DNA from: Pirellulales bacterium
GTDB taxonomy: Bacteria > Planctomycetota > Planctomycetia > Pirellulales > PALSA-1355
Assembly: GCA_963733035.1 (NCBI GenBank)
Contig: CAVTBU010000007.1
Span: 480,001 to 544,000 of the forward strand
DNA: 64,000 bases
Reading direction: 5' to 3'
A program made the position numbers and the translations under genes. Positions within the stretch are counted from its first letter, which is position 1. The number at the start of each line of letters is the position of its first letter. The notes under the pieces are model-generated. The model searched no databases and was not told the DNA's origin. It saw nothing but the letters and a program-made list of their open reading frames with translations. Below are positions 54,999-63,937 of the stretch, in pieces.

Positions 54999-55877
54999 TT
55001 ACGCGGTTTTCCGTCGAGCTCGTAACACGCGGGCATGGCCCGCCAGATCCTTCGCCGTTGGGGCGAGCTCCCAGTTCGGATCGGCCGCCACCAGCGATTC
55101 GACTCGCTGTTGTAGCATAGGGCTGATTTCCAGCAAGAGTGTTCCCCCAGGTCGCAGCCGCTCGGCCGCCTGTGGGATTAGCCGTTCGATGACGCTCAGG
55201 CCGCTCTCGCCAGCAACGAGTGCTAGCTGCGGTTCGTGCTCGCGCACCTCGGGGGCCAACGCCGCAAACTCCGCGGCTGTGATGTAAGGCGGATTGCTGG
55301 CAATGAAGTCGAACCGGCGCTCGGCTGGCAACGCCGCAAACAAATCACTTTCGATAAACTCGACGCGGTCCGAGACTCCCAGTCGTTCGGCATTCTCTTT
55401 GGCCACCGCGAGCGCTGCCCGGCTGAGGTCAATGGCGACCGCCCGCACGCGCGGCGCGTGTTTAGCTACGCTGAGGGCGATGATGCCGCTGCCGGTCCCC
55501 ACGTCGGCGAATTCAAGGGGCCCCTGGTCTGGCACGGACTTGATCAAGTCCAACAGCGCGATCACCAGAAATTCGGTTTCAGGACGCGGAATCAGCACGT
55601 CGGGTGTCACGCGAAAGTCGAGCGAGTAAAACTCGCGGTGTCCCACCAGATAGGCAAACGGCACACCCTCGGCCCGCCGCTTCACCAACGCGCGAAACCG
55701 CGTTCGCAGCACCTCGTCGGCCGGTTGGTCGAAGCTGGTGTAGAGATCCACCCGTTTGCAATCGCGGGCGTGGGCCAATAGCACTTCGGCCTCTAGCCTG
55801 GGGCTCTCGGCGCCGTGCTGCTTGAGATAGTCGCTCGTCCACTGGAGCAATCGCCCGATGGTCCAGTCTTCGGCCAT
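54999..55877 (-). CDS. prmC: Release factor glutamine methyltransferase
   Basis: VLIPRPETE, DVGTGSG, SNPPY, EP..AL; downstream of prfA. Confidence 0.96.
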   Translation of the reverse strand: MAEDWTIGRLLQWTSDYLKQHGAESPRLEAEVLLAHARDCKRVDLYTSFDQPADEVLRTRFRALVKRRAEGVPFAYLVGHREFYSLDFRVTPDVLIPRPETEFLVIALLDLIKSVPDQGPLEFADVGTGSGIIALSVAKHAPRVRAVAIDLSRAALAVAKENAERLGVSDRVEFIESDLFAALPAERRFDFIASNPPYITAAEFAALAPEVREHEPQLALVAGESGLSVIERLIPQAAERLRPGGTLLLEISPMLQQRVESLVAADPNWELAPTAKDLAGHARVLRARRKTA

Positions 55878-55911
55878 GGCAGCTTCCAGAGGGTTGAGTC
55901 GGTCGAGAGGC

Positions 55912-56976
55912 TTACGCTTCGGAGCCCATCTCGCGGCGGAGTTGTTGCCGATCGTAATCCATCAGGGCGTCGGTGAGCACTTGCATGTCGCCGGCCAGAA
56001 TGGCATCCAGCTTGTAGAGCGTCAAATTGATGCGGTGATCGGAGACCCGATTCTCGGCGAAGTTGTAGGTGCGGATTCGCTGGCTGCGGTCGCCCGATCC
56101 GACGAGCGTCTTGCGTTCGCTCGAGCGCTTGGCATGTTCGGCCTCGCGTTTGGCTTCGTACAGCCGGGTTTTGAGCACGCGGATGCGCTTGGCAAAGTTC
56201 TTGTGCTGGCTCTTTTCGTCCTGGCACTGCACGACGATGCCGGTTTCCAGGTGCGTCAGCCGAATGGCCGAGGCCGTCTTGTTCACGTGCTGACCGCCGG
56301 GCCCGCTGGCACAAAACGTGTCCTTGCGAAAATCCTCGGGCTTCAGGTCGATTTCCACGTCCTCCGGCTCCGGAAGCACGGCCACGGTGGCCGCCGAAGT
56401 GTGAATCCGCCCCTTGGTTTCGGTCTCGGGCACGCGCTGCACGCGATGACCGCCGCTTTCGTATTGCAGCTCGCGGAACACGCCCTCGCCTTCGATGCCG
56501 AGGATGATTTCCTTGAAGCCGCCCAGCTCCGTGGAGTTCATATCCAGAACTTCCATCTTCCAGCCTTTGTTCTCGGCATGGTGCTTGTACATTTCGTACA
56601 GATCGCGAGCGAACAGGGCGGCCTCGTCGCCGCCGGTGCCGGCGCGGATTTCCATCACCACGCGATCGCGCTGGGCGTCTTCGCCGCCGATGGTCATGCC
56701 CAGCAGTTCGTCCCACAGGTTTTCGCGCTCGTGGCGAAGCGTTGGCAGTTCGCCCTCGGCCATTTCGCGTAGTTCGGCGTCGTGTCCCTCGATCATTTCC
56801 TGGGCTTCGCCGATCTGCGCGTTGAGCGACTTGAAGCGTCGATACTTCTTGGCCAGGCGCCCCAGCGAGCCATGTTCGCGCGCGGCGGCAGCCACGAGTG
56901 CCGGCTGGGCCAGCACCTCTGGATCGACGAGCTGGCGTTCCAACTCCTCGAAGCGAGCCAGTTTGTCATCGAGCAT
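55912..56976 (-). CDS. prfA: Peptide chain release factor 1
   Basis: [21 protein letters not shown] (PxT), [21 protein letters not shown]. Confidence 0.96.
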   Translation of the reverse strand: MLDDKLARFEELERQLVDPEVLAQPALVAAAAREHGSLGRLAKKYRRFKSLNAQIGEAQEMIEGHDAELREMAEGELPTLRHERENLWDELLGMTIGGEDAQRDRVVMEIRAGTGGDEAALFARDLYEMYKHHAENKGWKMEVLDMNSTELGGFKEIILGIEGEGVFRELQYESGGHRVQRVPETETKGRIHTSAATVAVLPEPEDVEIDLKPEDFRKDTFCASGPGGQHVNKTASAIRLTHLETGIVVQCQDEKSQHKNFAKRIRVLKTRLYEAKREAEHAKRSSERKTLVGSGDRSQRIRTYNFAENRVSDHRINLTLYKLDAILAGDMQVLTDALMDYDRQQLRREMGSEA

Positions 56977-57097
56977 GGTGCGCAGTGATGACACCGGGGG
57001 TGTCCTCCAAAAAGAAAGCGCCTGAATTGACCCTCCGTGGCACCGAACTCTCGAGCATGCAGCCGCGCGGGCTTGGTGTGCGCGGCGGCGGGCAGGC

Positions 57098-57144
57098 AAA
57101 CAAAAACGCCGCCCACCCGCCAATCTCCGGCAGGCCGCGCGGCG
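57098..57144 (-). terminator. Possible intrinsic terminator after rpmE
   Basis: Imperfect GC-rich stem (CGCCGC..CCTGCC / GGCGGG..GCGGCG) followed by TTTTTGTTT on the minus strand. Confidence 0.45.
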
Positions 57145-57160
57145 CGATTGTTCTGGTCAG

Positions 57161-57412
57161 CTACGACTCGGTCTTGGCTTCGGCCTTCTTGCCACGCTTC
57201 AGGCTGGCATAACCGGCCGAAGCGAACTTGTTCTTGAACTTCTCGATCCGTCCGGCCGTGTCGACGAATTTCAGCTTGCCCGTGTAGAACGGATGGCAAG
57301 CGTTGCAAATGTCGACCTTCAGCTCGGGACGCGTGCTGCGCGTGGTAAACGAGTTGCCACAGCCGCACTTGACCAAGGTTACGTAGTACTGGGGATGGAT
57401 GTCTTTCTTCAT
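57161..57412 (-). CDS. rpmE: 50S ribosomal protein L31 (Zn-binding type)
   Basis: [29 protein letters not shown]. Confidence 0.97.
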   Translation of the reverse strand: MKKDIHPQYYVTLVKCGCGNSFTTRSTRPELKVDICNACHPFYTGKLKFVDTAGRIEKFKNKFASAGYASLKRGKKAEAKTES

Positions 57413-57499
57413 AACTTTCACCACGACCATTGTAGCCGCCTGGGCAAGACCCAAACGGACCGTAAAAGGCCGCTCCGCGGGAGAAAAAGGCAAACTAAG

Positions 57500-57528
57500 A
57501 GTTTAGCAATGCAGGGTTTAAGCCACAA
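57500..57528 (-). promoter_or_regulatory. Putative sigma70 promoter for rpmE
   Basis: Minus strand TTGTGG-17 nt-TAAACT with extended -10 TG, ~90 nt upstream of the start. Confidence 0.45.
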
Positions 57529-57689
57529 GGGGGCCGCTCTGTAATGGCCGCCGCCAACGTGGAAATTCCCGCGGTTTGCGTCCTTTGGATGATCCCTTTC
57601 ATTCTCAAGCGGTGTTCGGCGGATTGGTCTTTGTTCGGCCCGATAGCGCACCGCGCGCGGGTCGCCACCGCGCAGGATCGGCCGACGAT

Positions 57690-57898
57690 TGGCCCGATTT
57701 GGAATTTCGAAGATTTTCGAGTGGCTCGGTTTTCGCGCTGCACTTTTTGTGAATCTTTTCATTCCTAAGGGAGGCCGAAAAACCGAACAATTCACCTCCC
57801 CAAATCCTGCATTTGCCCTCGTTTGACCATCAAAAAAACCTCCATCGCCCGAGTCCGAAATCTCCCGACCGTAGCCTAGCCCAATCGCTGGCCCGATT
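57690..57898 (+). repeat. ~209-bp AT-rich non-coding element, copy 2
   Basis: TGGCCCGATT at 57690-57699 and 57889-57898; matches 8856-9065 (inverted) and 60794-61001. Confidence 0.92.
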
Positions 57899-58041
57899 AC
57901 CAGAGACAAACCGAGCAAGCGCTGCCGACGACCATCGGCGGCACGCATTGCAGCGGAAAAACTCCGCCCACGGGTTTCTCGCAAACGGCCGGCACTTCCC
58001 AGGTGCCCGAAGCATTACAATGTTATCCGGAGGCCCGTTCG

Positions 58042-58109
58042 AGTAGGTCAGGCCCTGGCCTGACGGATGTTCGACAACGCCTCCCCGTCAGGCCAGGGCC
58101 TGACCTACT
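58042..58109. repeat. Perfect 25-bp inverted pair of GTAG-type REPs (REPIN-like); second copy 61137-61203
   Basis: AGTAGGTCAGGCCCTGGCCTGACGG ... CCGTCAGGCCAGGGCCTGACCTACT with an 18-nt spacer. Confidence 0.9.
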
Positions 58110-58449
58110 TTTAATGCGAACGCGAGGATTGAGAAGGTTCCTGAGAGCCGATTCACAGCGATCGTCTGTACAAAATCCATGCTCACAAAACCCATCGCCG
58201 TTTTCTCGCTTAGCGCGCTGCTGCTGCCGATATCCCGTCGCGGCCGCCCGCACGTGAGTTTCTGGCCGGGCCGGCGGCGGCAAAAGTTCCGGCGGCACCT
58301 ATTTTGGAACGGGGGACTCGGGGCGGAAGTGATGGGAGGGTGCCCCAGGTGGTTTCTGGAAAGGGTTTGCATCCCCTTAGGTTACTCTTGCAATGGGCTG
58401 GCGTGTCGGAAATGAAGACGCGCTTTTGGGCTAGCTGGCGAGGCGTCGA

Positions 58450-59576
58450 ATGCACTTTTTCTGCATAGCCACCGTCTGTGTTGGCAGTGTCTTGGGATCG
58501 GAGTGTGACGAACTCATCAATGCGAACGCGCAATCGCTGAGTCTCATTCGAACAATTGAAGTTGAGTACGAGCTCGAAACGCTTGATCCCTCGGATTCGA
58601 CCGCACTGAAGTCGCAGTGGACTAAAGACGGTGACTTAGAGCGATTTGGTCGCTCACATGAGCCAGACAGAAACTCGGTTGATGTCGTCCAAGACGGTGA
58701 GACTGTACGGCAGTTGCGGAATTGGGTTCCCAATACACCGCTGACTCCGACGTATCAGAATGGCGTTGAGGCAGAGGTGCGGCCACAGACCATTTACCCG
58801 GCGAGCGCAATTTCGCCAGCGTATCAGCTCTGCATGGAACTCTCGGCGGTTCCCAAATGGTCACTTGCCGAGTTGGCCAAAGTATCGCCTCGCACCGAGT
58901 GCAAGGGAAAGGTTGATCGTGGTGGAGAGACATTGTGGCTGATAAAGCTCGAATCGCCCGATGACGCGCCGGCCGAGGAGTCTAAGAATCGCTTCGAAGT
59001 GTTTCTTGATCCGTCTCACGGGTATGCGATTCGTCGTTTGGTCGTGCATCGTGATGAGAAGCTTCCCGATGGGCGTTCACGGGTGTATTCTCATTGTCAT
59101 GAAGTTTTTGAGTACAAGGATTTTGGCGATGGAGTGTTCTTGCCCATTCACGTTAAGCACGGGACGTACTCTGGGGGCGAGGATCTGTGGGAGACGGAGG
59201 TCAAGGTGCGAGTCGCTCGTGTGAATGAGGTCATTCCGCCGGAGAAGTTTGAGTTAAAATGGCCGCAATTCGCAATCGTCAAGTATTTTCCGGCCGTCAA
59301 TGGGCAAGTGAAATTCGACGTATGGGGAAGCGATGGGCCGATTGAAACCTTCGTTGGCAACGTCGATCTAAGGCGTTGGTCGGAGGACCGGCAACGAACT
59401 GATCCAGAGTTTGCGGAGAGTCTAAGTTTAATGGAGCAAAAGCTGCTTCGCACCAACGCTCAAGGAGCTGGCTTTCGAACGTGGTTGATAGCGATCAACG
59501 TATTTGTGTGTGCAGGCGCGGCGCGTACATTTTCCGCCGATTTCTATATCGGCGCCACCGTGAGGTGCTTCCGTGA
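58450..59576 (+). CDS. Hypothetical secreted protein with C-terminal membrane anchor (probable frameshift near 59515; ORF as given ends at 59682)
   Basis: Beta-rich body; WLIAINVFV TM start; the shifted frame gives AYIFRRFLYRRHREVLP* ending in a GTGA overlap with the next gene. Confidence 0.65.
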
Positions 59577-60619
59577 AGCCGGCAATTCGGCTGTTGCCAG
59601 TCGCGATTTTCTGCGTTGTTTCCATTGGCATTGGATCCGCAATTGCTCGTTGGGCTCGAACACCGAAATCAGTTGTATTTGATCCGCCGACGGTCAACGT
59701 CGAGCGTGAGGTGCTGCACGGTACTCGTCTCGATGTGCGGTTTGAGTTGGTCAATCAGTCGGCTGAAAGGATAGCGATCAGCAAGCTGGTTGGTTCTTGC
59801 GGCTGCATGGTATTGTCCGGTGATAGCGGTCCGCTGCCCACGCCACTAAACATAGAACCAAATGGGCGTACTGCGATTGCAGTGAAGGTGAGAACCGATC
59901 GTGGGAACGGGGTAGGGTCGCGCGACTTTACTGTCATGGCGTATGGAAAGAGTGCAGGCGGCAAGCAAATAGCCGCGGTCGGCAGGATCCAAGTAACTCT
60001 CTTGTCTGGCCTTCAGGCAGAACCTGCATACGTGCTCCTTCGGAATATTAATTCGCAAGATGAGCGGTCTGTCGAAATTGAGGTGGCGGATACTCTGACG
60101 GACCCAGGTGTCCGGATACGCGACGTTGTAGTGAGCGATCCCGCGCGTATGAGCGTTGAATTGAGACAAGCCGCGGGCGCGTCGAAGGTTTTTGGCGACA
60201 GCGGCCTCGGAAGGCAACGCGCCATTCTAGTGCTCAAGTATCGGCCCTGCATAACTGCGGGGCTCGAGCGTGATAAGGTTACCGTTGTGCCGGAAGATCC
60301 CATCTACCCAATCCTGGAGATTCCGGTTGAGTGCTCGGTCGCTGGCCCCGGTTTCGGGTTCGTTCCTAGTAGCCTCACTTTTACCGAGACATTTGACACG
60401 GTCACTCGTGAGATAGCTTTTAAGGCGGATGATTCGGTGACGCTTTCGGTTGAAAAATGCCCGCCTGGCATAGCGGCTAAGATTATCCAGGGGCCTCGCC
60501 GTCGCATCGTTTCGATAACCTGCGAGAAGAATGCATTTCGGAATGGCGACTGCGAATTGGTGTTTCTCGTTGACGGTGTTGCAACGCCTTACTCGCTTCG
60601 AAGTCGCCCAATCGAATGA
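59573..60619 (+). CDS. DUF1573-like Ig-fold domain protein
   Basis: N-terminal TM; F.L.N......I.....SCGC.......I.P motif followed by further beta-sandwich segments. Confidence 0.72.
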   Translation: MKPAIRLLPVAIFCVVSIGIGSAIARWARTPKSVVFDPPTVNVEREVLHGTRLDVRFELVNQSAERIAISKLVGSCGCMVLSGDSGPLPTPLNIEPNGRTAIAVKVRTDRGNGVGSRDFTVMAYGKSAGGKQIAAVGRIQVTLLSGLQAEPAYVLLRNINSQDERSVEIEVADTLTDPGVRIRDVVVSDPARMSVELRQAAGASKVFGDSGLGRQRAILVLKYRPCITAGLERDKVTVVPEDPIYPILEIPVECSVAGPGFGFVPSSLTFTETFDTVTREIAFKADDSVTLSVEKCPPGIAAKIIQGPRRRIVSITCEKNAFRNGDCELVFLVDGVATPYSLRSRPIE

Positions 60620-60707
60620 GTGTGCGAGCAGTGCGAGGCATGCGCGCATCGTACCGCCAGAACCGCTCGTCGGCAAGAAAAAAGGTTCGCGTCCCCTTTA
60701 ATTGCTC
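60618..60707 (+). repeat. Block C repeat, copy 1 (copy 2 at 61570-61659)
   Basis: GAGTGTGCGAGC(A/C)GTGCGAGGCATGCGCGCATCGTACCGCCAGAACCGCTCG...AAAAGGTT.GCGTCC.CTTTAATTGCTC present twice. Confidence 0.88.
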
Positions 60708-61470
60708 TCAAGTGGTGTTCGACGGATTGGTCTTTGTTCGGCCCGATAGCGCAGCCGGCCGTGGGTCGCCACCGCGCTGGATCGGCCGACGATTGGCCCG
60801 ATTTGGAATTTCGAAGATTTTCGAGTGGCTCGGTTTTCGCGCTTCACTTTTTGTGAATCTTTTCATTCCTAAGGGAGGCCGAAAAACCGAACAATTCACC
60901 TCCCCAAATCCTGCATTTGCCCTCGTTTGACCATCAAAAAAACCTCCATCGCCCGAGTCGAAATCTCCCGACCGTAGCCTAGCCCAATCGCTGGCCCGAT
61001 TCCAGAGACAAACCGAGAGCGCTGCCGACGACCATCGGCGGCACGCATTGCAGCGGAAAAACTCCGCCCACGGGTTTTCGCAAACGGCCGGCACTTCCCA
61101 GGTGCCGAAGCATTACAATGTCAGTCGGAGGCTTCGAGTAGGTCAGGCCTGGCCTGACGGATGTTCGACAACGCCTCCCCGTCAGGCCAGGGCCTGACCT
61201 ACTTTTAATGCGAACGCGAGGATTGAGAAGGTTCCTGAGAGCCCCTTCACAGCGATCGGCTGTACAAAATCCATGCTCACAAAACGCATCGCCGTTTTGT
61301 GGTTATCGCGCTGCTGCTGCCGATATCCGTCGCAGCCGCCCCACGATTTCGTCGGCCCGGTGACGGCTAAAGTCGGCGGAACTGTTTTGGAACGGGGACT
61401 CGGGGTGGAAGTGATGGGAGGGTTCTTCAGATGGTCCCAGGAAAAGGTTTGCGTCTTTGCGTCCCCTTAA
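60707..61470 (+). repeat. ~780-bp composite non-coding direct repeat, copy 2 (includes 209-bp element copy 3 at 60794-61001)
   Basis: Direct alignment with 57604-58388. Confidence 0.93.
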
Positions 61471-61569
61471 GTTCTTCCGAGTTGCCGCTGAGCGACAAAT
61501 CAGTGATGTCCGATTTTCTACTCGCAGTTGGCGTTGGCCCGATTGAGGATATGATAAACACATCCGCCA

Positions 61570-61659
61570 GAGTGTGCGAGCCGTGCGAGGCATGCGCGCA
61601 TCGTACCGCCAGAACCGCTCGCCGGCAAGAGAAAAGGTTGGCGTCCACTTTAATTGCTC
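61570..61659 (+). repeat. Block C repeat, copy 2
   Basis: Matches 60618-60707. Confidence 0.88.
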
Positions 61660-61693
61660 CCTTTAACTGCTCCAATTAGAAGCAGAACTCCTC

Positions 61694-62766
61694 ATGAGCA
61701 GCGTAGAAGATGAAGCAACAAAGCAAGGCGATTTGCTGCGGGACAAAGGCGATCTCGATGGAGCGATAGCTGCTTACACCGAAGGCCATTCGTCTGCATC
61801 CACAAAACGCTCAGTCGTATTTTCGCCGGGGCCAAGCTTACTTGCGAAAAGGCGAATTCAACAAGGCCATCGCCGACTGTAACAAAGCCATACAGCTTGA
61901 TCCGATGATGGCCGAGGCATATTGCTGGCCGGGGTTGCTCCACGGCAGGAACGGCGACCTCGACAAGGCAGCGACTGACTGCACGGAGGCTATTCGCCTC
62001 GACCCGCACATATGCCGAGGCATACTATGTCCGAGGGATGCGTTTTGGGCTGAAGGGTGATTTTGACAGAGCGATTGCTGACTGTACAGACGCTATTCGC
62101 CTCGACCCGAAGTTGCCTCACGCATTTCGAGGGCGAGCCGGTCTTCATGATAGGAAGGGTGAGTTCGACAAGGCGATTGCGGACTGGACGGAGGCATTCG
62201 GCTCGAACCGCAACGTGCGAAGACATATTGGGGTCGAGCCCATGTATATGAAAAGAAGAGCGAGTTCGACAAGGCGATTGCGGATTTCACGGAGTCCATT
62301 CGGCTCGATCCACAGATATGCCGAAGTCTATTGTGGGCGGGCCTATGCTTATTCTAAGAATGGTGAGTTCGACAAGGCTATCGCTGACTACATCGAGGCC
62401 ATCAGACTCGATCCGAAGCATGCCACGGCGTAATAAAACCGTGCCTTGATCTACAGACAAGAAGAGTGAGTTCGACAAGGCGATTGCCGACTTCACCGAG
62501 GTCATTCTGACTGAACCCGAAAGATGCCGAGGCGTACTACAACCGTGGCTGCGCCTACGGCAAGAAGGCTGACTACGACAAAGCGATCACCGACTTTAAA
62601 GAGGCGATTCGGATCAATCCGAAAAATGGGTACACGTTTCTATGCTCGGGGCTGGTGCGTACTGGCAGAAAGACGAGAAAGGCAAAGCCACGCCGATTTC
62701 GCACAAGCCGAGAAACTTGGGATACAAAGCGGGCCAGGTCGACGAACATCAGAGGACGGGGAGTAA
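61694..62766 (+). pseudogene. TPR-repeat protein (about 9-10 TPRs) broken by many frameshifts: pseudogene or low-quality sequence
   Basis: Repeating (G/S)EFDKAIAD.TEAIRLDP..AEAY..RG units spread over all three forward frames; GAGTTCGACAAGGC recurs at ~102-nt spacing. Confidence 0.8.
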
Positions 62767-62943
62767 CTTAAAGGGACGCAAAGGACGCAAGCCTTTTTTC
62801 CGTTTTGTTGCCGGCACGGAACACTGCCGTGCGATGTAGCCTAATGCCGCGCACTGCTTCGTGATACTTCTGGGTGCACATGTTTACTCATCCCGCCATG
62901 GGGCCAGCGAGCACGTTACACGATGGCTACAGATGACCTGCCA

Positions 62944-63087
62944 CGGCCGCCCGCACATGAGTTTTATGCCTGGCAGGCGGCAAAAGTTTCGGCGGCACGT
63001 GTTTCGGAACGGGGACTCGGTGCCGAAGTGATGTGAGGGTTATCCGGGTGGTTCCAGCGAAAGGTTTGCGTCCGCTTAGGTTACTCT
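62944..63087 (+). repeat. Block B repeat, copy 3 (others 58241-58388 and ~61334-61470)
   Basis: CGGCCGCCCGCAC.TGAGTTT...GGCGGCAAAAGTT.CGGCGGCAC...GGAACGGGGACTCGG...GAAGTGATG...CTTAGGTTACTCT. Confidence 0.85.
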
Positions 63088-63107
63088 GGACCAAGACGAT
63101 AGCACAT

Positions 63108-63536
63108 ATGCGGTTATCTCGACTCATAATGGCGCTCGCCCTGATTGGGATGTGCATTGGTGTTGTCATTCTGTTTTTTGCACCGGTTTTGCACTTTGCG
63201 TTTACGATTGACGAGGCGAAGTCAAGATTCCGAAGTAGATCCGCCGAGGCTCGCGAGACGATCGAGTTCGTTTATGGATACTACCTACGTCATTACAAAT
63301 GGCCGACAGAAGCGGAAACGGCCCAAATGGCCGTCAAGCCTCTTCCGCCCGAATGGCACTACGAGAGCCACCCTGACGGTCCGATAATCTATTGTCAGGG
63401 ACCCCACCATATGGCAATTGCCTACTATTTTTCTCCACCAATACGTGGAAAGATAGCCAACGAGTGGGTGTTGTCGGTCGAAGGAACTAAGGAGCGGTTT
63501 TCTTTTGAACGTGAATACACCGCGAATACATTCTGA
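63108..63536 (+). CDS. Hypothetical protein with N-terminal TM helix
   Basis: ATG-started 142-aa ORF 20 nt after block B; hydrophobic N-terminus. Confidence 0.62.
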   Translation: MRLSRLIMALALIGMCIGVVILFFAPVLHFAFTIDEAKSRFRSRSAEARETIEFVYGYYLRHYKWPTEAETAQMAVKPLPPEWHYESHPDGPIIYCQGPHHMAIAYYFSPPIRGKIANEWVLSVEGTKERFSFEREYTANTF

Positions 63537-63659
63537 AGAGGAGCCCGTTGCCGCGGTCGTGCTTTCGACGGACCATCGGCGCAGGCTAGGGCGATAGCAC
63601 GTTAGGCAATTTCAAGAGGAAACAAGCGCCAGCGGACCTTAGACACTCGACTCATGCGA

Positions 63660-63805
63660 GGGTGGCCCGGACAACTTTGTTGTCCAGGTGTCGCAGGCAC
63701 AGGAGGGTCGAGAATTGCCGCGTTGCGCCCAGTTGAAATGGGATCGCGCTGACGACGGCTCCAATTGCTTCGCAACACCGACAACGAGTTGTCCGTGCCG
63801 CCCGC
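63660..63805 (+). repeat. Block D repeat: degenerate inverted pair of GGACAAC..GTTGTCC palindromes
   Basis: GGGTGGCCCGGACAACTTTGTTGTCCAGGTG ... CACCGACAACGAGTTGTCCGTGCCGCCC; reverse complement matches 8476-8606 and 6743-6806. Confidence 0.72.
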
Positions 63806-63937
63806 GTTATTTCCGCGCCCGTGCGACAAGGACTTATATACGACTGTTGAATTAGCGTTGTCTAGATCCAAAGGTAGTCCCAAGATGCGCTGGCTCCTGG
63901 GTGTAGTTTGGTCGACGGTTTAGCGATCAAGGTGCGA

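Larger units (their letters stand above)
57604..58388 (+). repeat. ~780-bp composite non-coding direct repeat, copy 1 (copy 2 at 60707-61470)
   Basis: Near-identical to copy 2 for the first ~630 nt, more diverged in the last ~150 nt (block B). Confidence 0.93.

Noticed and set aside
60616..60930. Small ORFs ending ...KGGRKTEQFTSPNPAFALV in the repeat copies (also 8929-9162)
   Set aside because: No shared start or RBS, and N-termini differ between copies; the similarity is explained by the DNA repeat
61850..62600. Regularly spaced GAGTTCGACAAGGC repeats as a CRISPR array
   Set aside because: The ~102-nt period equals a 34-aa TPR and the intervening DNA encodes TPR consensus; no cas genes
62771..62798. 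GGGACGCAAAG as part of a c-di-GMP-I riboswitch
   Set aside because: No upstream GGCAAA/GNRA stem; it is an inverted copy of the junction motif
63595..63610. GTTAGGC as an integron attC core site
   Set aside because: No matching RYYYAAC inverse core or attC-like hairpin upstream, and not repeated after the other genes
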